This document shows, one piece after another, positions 52,901 through 64,000 of a stretch of DNA of 64,000 nucleotides. The position numbers and the translations under genes are program-made. Origin of the DNA: Antechinus flavipes (taxonomy: Eukaryota); assembly GCF_016432865.1 (NCBI RefSeq), contig NC_067400.1, forward strand, positions 619,256,001 to 619,320,000, given 5' to 3'. The notes beneath the pieces are model-generated. The model searched no databases, was not told where the DNA came from, and saw only the letters and a list, made by a program, of their open reading frames with translations. The stretch's first letter is position 1. Each line of letters begins with the position of its first letter.

Positions 52901-54479
52901 CCCTAGATCAACCCAGTTTGAGGGGCTCCCTGCGGGTGGGGGTGGAACGAGCTCCGCAGACCCCTCCCGGGCCCGTTAAAACCAAGCAGCTGCACATCCA
53001 GTGCAGGGACCTGGAGTTGAGCCCGCGTGGTCGGAGGGCATAACTAGAACCCAGGACCCAGAAGTAGGCCCTCTGACTACAGACTTCAGTTAAGAGACCC
53101 TCTATCTCTCACAGCTCCGCGTTTCTCCACCCCCCGAATCTTTCCCTGGGGAGGCTTTTTGTTTTGGGGGGAGGCTGATTGGGAGACCAATCAATACAAA
53201 GTAACGCCGGGGAAGGGCTACGAAAGGCTTCCTGGGGGAGGGGGTGCCCGTGGCCCCCTCTGGGGGACAAATATTGCTCGGCGGGGCTTCAATGGAGAAA
53301 GTTTTAATAACACTGATCAAACTCGGGTCTAAATCGTGTGGTCTACACTTGACTTTATACCTTGTAGACACCTCCCCCATCCCCCAGACCTCCCCTGCAT
53401 GGACTCCGGGAACGGGACGGGGCCACCGCCCGGTACCCGACTTCACCACTTGGGCGAATCCGGGAGGGCCCCCTTCTGGACACTCCTCCGTGGGGGGTGT
53501 TCCCAGTTTTCTGGGGGAACCCCAAATACAAGAGCCCGGGAAACAGCCCGAGGGGAGGAAGGTTTCAGTAGCGGGGAGGGCCGGGACCCCATTGCAACTG
53601 GGAGTGGGTGGGGTTACTCCCAATCCCCCCTAAATCAACCCTGGGGTAAGGCGCGCCCGCGGGCGGTCTGGGTTCACCTCGATGCCCCTGTCCACCTGCT
53701 GGTCCTGGTCTATGTGTCTGCCTGCAGGTGGGGGCTTCAGAGACCCCACCGAGCTTCCGCCTTGAATTTTTAAAAATCTTTGCAATCTGCTTAAAAAAAA
53801 AAAAATAAGACTTCCTCGGGGGTTCTTTTTCTTGGGGAGGTTCCATGCCCCAAACCGGCAAACACGGTGGGATGAACCCAGAATCCAGCGCGCCAGCCGA
53901 TGTTCCGGTGGGGGTGGGGTGGTTCTGGGCTCGGGGCTTGCCTTGGGAGAGAGCTCAGCTTTCCGAAGGGGTCCGAAGGCCACAGGCCCCGGACGGGGCT
54001 CCCGGAGTCGGGGTGACAGGCGCGGGGGGCCTGGCTACGGCTGGCGCGGTTGAACAAGGGGGCTGGGGGCGGGGCTTGCTTCAGGGGCGTCCTCTTCAGG
54101 CTCCCCGTCTCGGAAAAGCCCCCAGAATTTCAGGGCCTCTCCCGTCCTGGCGGCGGTTCCCTTTCTGGATCCGCCTCAGATCTGGGAAGAGGGGCGGCCC
54201 GGGGCTGAGAGCGCCGGTCAGCATGGCCCGAGTTCAAATCCAGCCCCACTCCCCGGGTGCCCCCGTCAAATCACTTCTTCTGTGCAGTTTTCCCATCTGT
54301 AAAATGGAGGAGACAAGAGCGTCTTCCTCCCAAGTTGTGAGAATCAAATGAGATCGTATTTGCAAAGGGTCTGGCTCACATTAATGTTGTATGTTATATC
54401 ATTATTACACGATATATAACATGTTAGGAAATGTAGTTTGCATTAGCTACGCAGTGAAATGTGCCCCTTTGTTCCCCCT

Positions 54480-54960
54480 ACAGTCACCAGGCTGGTGCGG
54501 ACCCTCATCGCCTCCCACCTGGACTATTGCCACAGCTGCTGGGGGGAGGGGGGTCTCCTGCCTGTGAGACTCCAGATCTCATTACTTCCCTCCCCCCCTC
54601 TATAAACTCCAGTGGCTCCCTCTTGTCCGCCTTTGGGTGCCCAATGCTCCCGCGGCCTTCCCTCCTCACCCGGCCCTTCTTGTCCAGCCCCCTCAGACCT
54701 CGCTCCGGACTCTGCAGTCCCGAGACACTGGCTTCCCGTCCCCTCCTCGTGCTTCCTTTAAGCCCCCTCCCCCGAGAACCCTCAATCTCAGGCCCTCCTG
54801 CGGGTGATTGCCTCCTTATGATGTCACTTGCTTTGCAGATTTTCCCATCAGCTTTCGAACTTCTTTAGGGCGGGGCGTTCTTTTACCTCTTTTTGCGTCC
54901 CCAGAACTTAGTACAATGGCTGCCATATAGTAGGCCGATTGACAGATTGAATGAAATAAA
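54480..54960 (+). mobile_element. LINE-2 fragment
   Basis: cacctggactattgc..., agtggctccct..., and a 3' end resembling agaacttagtacaatggctgccatatagtaggc...tgaatgaa. Confidence 0.6.
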
Positions 54961-55272
54961 GGCTGCTTTGTGTCCCCTATAAATCTACTGTTAACCTTGA
55001 GTCCTCGTAAAGGATCTGAGGGAAGTTTTTTTTTTTTTTTTTTTTTTTAACAACCAACCAGGAACCATATTCAGAGATTTCCCGGAATGAATCCTGGGTG
55101 TGAGCAGGAGGTTAAGCCAACTCTCCCCTCCTCCAGCCCCCCTCCCTGCCTCCACCCTCAAACCCAGACCCAGTTTTGGTCCCTTCTTACAAGGACCTGA
55201 CTTCCGATTTCTGCCACTTTCTCAAGAGCAAGGAACAACACTTGAGCCCCCAGAAGTCATGCCCCTGTTTCC

Positions 55273-56095
55273 TTTTTTTATATATATATATAATAACCTA
55301 AAGTTTTTTATTATTATTATAGCTTTTTATTTACAAGATATATGCATGGATAATTTTACAGCATTGACAATTTCCAAACCTTTTGTTCCAATTTTCCCCC
55401 TCCTTCCCCCCACTTCCTCCCCCCACCATGGCAGGTTGACCGATACATGTTAAATATGTTAAAGTATAAATTAAATACAAAATAAGTATACATGTCCAAA
55501 CTGTTATTTTGCTGTATCAAAAGAGTCGGACTCTGAAATAGTGTACAATTAGCCTGTGGAGGAAATCAAAAATGCAGGCGGACAAAAATAGAAGGACTGG
55601 GAATTCAATGTAATGGTTCTCAGTCATCTCCCAGAGTTCTTTCCCTGGGTGTAGTTGGTTCAGTTCATTAATGCTCCATTGGAACTGATTTGGTTCATCT
55701 CATTGCCGGAGAGGGCCACGTCCATCAAAATTGATCATCATATAGTATCATCGTTGAGGTATATAATGATCTCCTGGTTCTGCTCATTTCACTCAGCATC
55801 AGTTCATGTAAGTCTCTCCAGGTCTCTGTATTCATCCTGCTGGTCATTCCTTACAGAACAATAATATTCCATAACGTTCATATACCACAATTTATTCAGC
55901 CATTCTCCAATGATGGGCATCCCCTCAGTTTCCAGTTTCTGGCCACTACAAACAGGCTGCCACAAGCATGTTTGCACATCTGGGTCCCTTTCCCTCCTTT
56001 AAGATCTCTTTGGGGTATAAGCCCAGTAGTAGCACTGCTGGGTCAGAGAGTATGCAGTTTGCTAACTTTTTGAGCACAGTTCCCAATCGCTCTCC
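55273..56095 (-). mobile_element. 5'-truncated marsupial LINE-1 (ORF2 C-terminus plus 3' UTR) with target-site duplication
   Basis: The minus-strand translation ..CILSDPAVLLLGLYPKEILKEGKGPRCANMLVAACL matches the L1 ORF2 tail. The 3' UTR is of dasyurid type, with a T-rich tail at 55273-55330. Flanking direct repeats are ccagaagtcatgcccctgtttc (55250) and ccagaagtcacacccctgtttc (56094). Confidence 0.9.
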
Positions 56096-57236
56096 AGAAG
56101 TCACACCCCTGTTTCTTGCCGGATGGTTCACTTGAAAATCTGCCACTGCCCCCGGTTCTGGCCAACATGGAAACTGAGGCAGGGATAATTGGTCCAGGTA
56201 GAAAATTCAGGTCCATTGACAGCAAATTGCCCGGTGAAGACCTTCAGGTGCTCTTCCATGAGTGAGTGGGCCCTTTCTCCAGTGGGTTACAGACCTCCTT
56301 TTCCCCTCCTAAGTGTTTTTCAGGCACTTGGGGGGGTGTACTACGGGAAGCCCCCAGTCCCTTCAGTCTCTCTAAGGTTACAAGCTCCTTTTCTGAGACA
56401 GCTCTGTGAGGTAAGCATCAATGATCCCATTGTACAGGTACAGAAACTGAGGAGAGAGAATGTGATTTGCTCAGGGCAATGATAGTAGGTGCGTGGGAAA
56501 GTCATCAGAAGGACCAATTCTCCAGCCCGAGTTATCCTCTTGATTACGAGATCGTGGGTGTTGATCTGGTAGGAACTCTAGAATGGGAAAACAGGCCTGG
56601 AGACATGAAGGAATCCACCGAGAGTGAGCTCCATTTTCCCTCTGGAAAATGAGGCGGTTAAAGCTCTGGGCGTCCCCCCCGCTCGGACGTGACGGGTTTT
56701 AGGGTGCTCGGATGGTCTGTTTTCCAGGGAACCGTCCGGCTCTGACCCCGGAGAATCTTCCGGAGAGACTGGGGGACTCCCTCGTCCCTCCCCCCCTCAG
56801 GGACCAGGGTTCTGCCCCCTCCCTGGGAGGGTCAGGTCTGGGGGTGGCAGGGGAAGGAGCCTTCATACAAAGGCAGGAGTGTGAGCAGGCCTTGGGGGAG
56901 GAGGCCCCAGACATGCTGTCCCCCTCAGCAACGTGTAGGAACAAGCTGGGCAAAGGCAAGCTGGGTGGGGAAGCTGGGCAGGCAGGGTGACTCATGGGAG
57001 GCAGCTGTCTTAAGAAAACTGGGCAGAAGAGGAGGGACTCGGGGGCCTTGACCCCTCCCAACACCTGTCTCTTCTCCCCAAGCTTTGCCATCCTTCCCGG
57101 CCGAGATGGAGGAAGGAAGGGGAGGAGAGAGGGAGCCCGAGCCCCAGGCTCAGAGATTATCCCCGTAACTGGAATGGGGCTGGGGGGAGGCGGGGATTAG
57201 CCTGGCCCTGCCCCCCCCACCCCGTCCCTGCCCTTC

Positions 57237-57242
57237 TATAAG
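57237..57242 (+). promoter_or_regulatory. TATA box of PINLYP
   Basis: TATAAG about 35 nt upstream of ATG 57274, preceded by GC boxes. Confidence 0.55.
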
Positions 57243-57273
57243 GCCCGTGGGCCCTGACCTGGGAGCAGACATC

Positions 57274-61190
<3,917 letters not shown>

Positions 61191-61589
61191 GGATCCCCGC
61201 GGAGCCCGTCGCAAACCCGGGCGTCCCCCGGGCACTGGAATCCCCCGGAGGCCAGCTCTGTGGGCGGCTTTCGGGAGTCCCGGTGGGCGGCAGGGAGGGG
61301 AGCTCGGGGCGGCCCCCAGCCTGAGCGCGGATGGTCTGCGTCTGGGACCCTGAGGAGGCAGGAAGCCCAAGAATAAATCCCACTTCCCCCTGGGAGGGGA
61401 GCCTGCTGCTGTTGCCTCAGTTTCGTTTCCAGAGAGAGCGCTCTCTCTAGCTTCCCCGAGCTCCAGCCCTGGCCACAAAGAATAAAATCAACCCGCACAT
61501 CACGCACGACAGCCACACACACACCTCGCCCCCACCTCTGCACAGGAGCATGGAGGGTTGTTTTTTTGGGGGGAGGGGGAGAATGAGGT

Positions 61590-61726
61590 AGCTGGAGTTA
61601 AGTGTTAGGTATTAAGCCCAGGGTTATACAGCCAGGAAGTGTTAAAAGTGTCTCGGGTCAAATTTGAACTCGGGTCCTCCTGATTTCAGGGCTGGTGCTC
61701 TACCCACTGCGCCACCTGGCGGCCCC
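61590..61726 (-). mobile_element. WSINE1/MAR1-type CORE-SINE
   Basis: ccaggaagtgttaaaagtgtc...tttgaactcgggtcctcctgatttcagggctggtgctctacccactgcgccacctggcggcccc. Confidence 0.8.
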
Positions 61727-62324
61727 AGGATGGAGTTTTCAACTCTTCTTGGAGGCCAAATGTGGTCACTATAATTAAACCGAATTGTACGTGGCTTTCT
61801 GGGTTATGGTGTTAAATGGAGGAGGTCCCTTGGAAAGGAAGGCCCTGACCCTCCCCCCCTCCCAAGGGTCAGCGCAGGAGCCCTACAAAGAGAGGCAGGG
61901 GGTGGCAACGGGCGCTGGCAGGCGGAATGCAGCAGGTGGCGCCAGAGCGCACGCAACGCCCAGCCTGGAGCAGGAAGACTGACAGGATGAGTTCAATCTG
62001 TCCCCGGACACTTACTGGCCGTGTGGGCCGAGCAAGTCCCTTCACCCCGGCTGCCTTAGCTCCCCATCCGTAAAATGGGTTGGAGAAGGAATGACAGACC
62101 TCTCCGGCACCTTTAAACCCCAATAGGGAACGACAACAACGGGCCAGCCCCCAACGAGCTAATATTCTCTCAGGGGATGCGACAGAATCATGCAGAGAAA
62201 TGGGGATACTTTGGAAGGTGGGACCGGAGGGGGGCTAGCAGCCTCGGGGAGCTCAGGAGAGACCCTCCCGACGGGCGGCCCAAAGGTTTTTGCAGTTCTA
62301 AGGTGAAGCTAGTTGTGGGCAGAT

Positions 62325-62830
62325 AGAAACTACGTGTGGCTAAGATAGAAACTAGTATGGAAAGTTGTGGCTAGATAGAAACTAGTTGTGGCTAGATAGA
62401 AACTAGTTGTAGGTAGATAGAAACTAGTTGTGGCTAGATGGTTGTGAACAAATAGAAACTCGTTGTGAAAAGTCGTGGCCAGGTAGGAACTAGTAGTAGA
62501 TAAGAGTCGTGGCCTGGTAGAAACTAGTAGTAGATAAGAGTCGTGGCCAGGTAGAAACTAGTAGTAGATAAGAGTCGTGCCCAAGTAGGAAGAGTAGTCA
62601 ATAAGATAGTCGTGGCTACATAGAAACTAGTAGTAGATAAGATAGTTGTGGCCAGGTAGGAATTAGTAATAGATAAGAGTCGTGGCTTGGTAGAAACTAG
62701 TAGTAGATAAGATAGTCGTGGCCAGGTAAGAACTAGTAGTAGATAAGATAGTTGTGGCCTGGTAGAAATTAGTAGTAGATAAGCTAGTTGTGGCTAAGTA
62801 GAAACTAGTTGTGAATTGATAGATAGTTGT
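62325..62830. repeat. AT-rich minisatellite with 21-bp and ~38-bp units downstream of PINLYP
   Basis: tagaaactagttgtggctaga grading into tagaaactagtagtagataagatagtcgtggccagg. Confidence 0.92.
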
Positions 62831-63739
62831 GAATGGTTGTGGGTAAAGAGAAGAAATGGAAAGATTGTCAGGTCTACAGTCAGGAGGACCTGAGTTCAAA
62901 TTCACTCTTAGATATTTACTAGCTGTATGAATCTGGCAAGTCACTTAACCTGTTTCCCTCAGTTCCTGTTGGAACACACAGGAGCCACCTGCCAGTGGCT
63001 GCTGAAGATCCAACCCAGAATGGACCTCCTCTAGTGAGGGGATGACACAAGGAGAGGGAGACAGTCTCTGACTGAGAGGCCGCTGTGTTATCTCCCTCCT
63101 CTTCCCTCTGCCTCCAACTTATCTCATTCCCAGTCCCCGAGTCAGCAAAGGCTGCCCCGCAGCTTACTGTGATTCACAGCTGTGAAGGCTCTTGAGGAAT
63201 TGATCTGTCCCTTAACAAGTTCCTCAACTGTAAAATGTTGATATCTCGAAGGCTGGTTGTGAGGATCAGATAAGAGAATAGTTATAAAAAGCACTTCATA
63301 GAGTGGCTGGCACATAGTAGGCATTATATAAATGCCTTAATATTATAAGCAAAGGGAAGAAGGCAATGCATTCTAAACATGAAGGATTCAACTTGTTCAA
63401 AGAAAGAAGATGCAGTGGGCTATGGAACAAAATATAAAGCCTGTTTGTTTGGATTTTACACAGTTTGAAGGGGAGTAATGCTTAAGTCTTGAAATGTAGA
63501 TGGGAACCAGTTTGCAAAGTCTTTAAATACTTAATAGATTATATGGCCCCAGAAGAAATAGGGAGCTACTGCAGTTTATTGAGCAAGAGAGCACCCTGAA
63601 TTTTGGGAATAAAACATTGGCAGTTGTTTAATGGATTGCAGCAATCAGGAAGAAGGAAGGGGGTGGGAGGTTGTAATAGCTCAAAACAGGTGTGATAAGT
63701 TCCCGAACTAGGGTCATGTGAGTCCAGAAGAAACCGGTT

Positions 63740-64000
63740 AGTCAGTTGTCACAGGAAGCGTCAGGAGAGAGTACTGTCACCAAAACCCAAGACTGGAGGA
63801 AGGGGGAGCGTTAGGAGAGGAGGGGGTGTAGGTGAGAGACGCCGCAGAGGCAAAATCCACAGGCTTCAGCCACACTTTGGGCATTTGGGGGAGAGTGGGG
63901 GAGGGAAAGTGAGAATCCAGAATAACTCCAAGGTTGGGAGCCCAAGGGATGGGAAGACAGCGAGACAGTAATAAGAAATAGGGGCGAGGAGGGCTTGGGG
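63740..64000 (-). mobile_element. LINE-2 fragment
   Basis: gaggcaaaatccacaggctt...gaataactccaaggtt resembles antisense L2. Confidence 0.5.

Noticed and set aside
53100-53640. Possible endogenous retroviral gag fragment
   Set aside because: I found no gag motifs (MHR, CCHC), LTR pair or primer-binding site in any frame.

Overview
This is eukaryotic, intron-containing, very GC-rich genomic DNA from a marsupial, probably a dasyurid judging by the WSINE1-type SINEs and the L1 3' UTR. It is syntenic with the human 19q13.31 block TEX101-LYPD3-PHLDB3-ETHE1-ZNF575-XRCC1-PINLYP. I built eight spliced protein-coding gene models by hand, all with GT-AG introns and phases that close. They are a TEX101-like Ly6/uPAR gene (+), an extra two-LU-domain GPI-anchored paralog (-), LYPD3 (-), PHLDB3 (-), ETHE1 (-), ZNF575 (+), XRCC1 (-) and PINLYP (+). 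Most long ORFs in the supplied track are artefacts of high GC content or of minisatellites. The window is dense in locus-specific tandem repeats (roughly 9 kb by hand estimate) and also carries L1, L2, MIR and WSINE1 elements. The strongest leads are the unassigned Ly6/uPAR paralog between TEX101 and LYPD3, a partial copy of the LYPD3 last exon beside a perfect CRE, and a ~60-bp tandem array packed with transcription-factor-like motifs in the predicted PHLDB3 3' UTR. I see no evidence for a prokaryote-type system such as CRISPR, an operon or a defence island.
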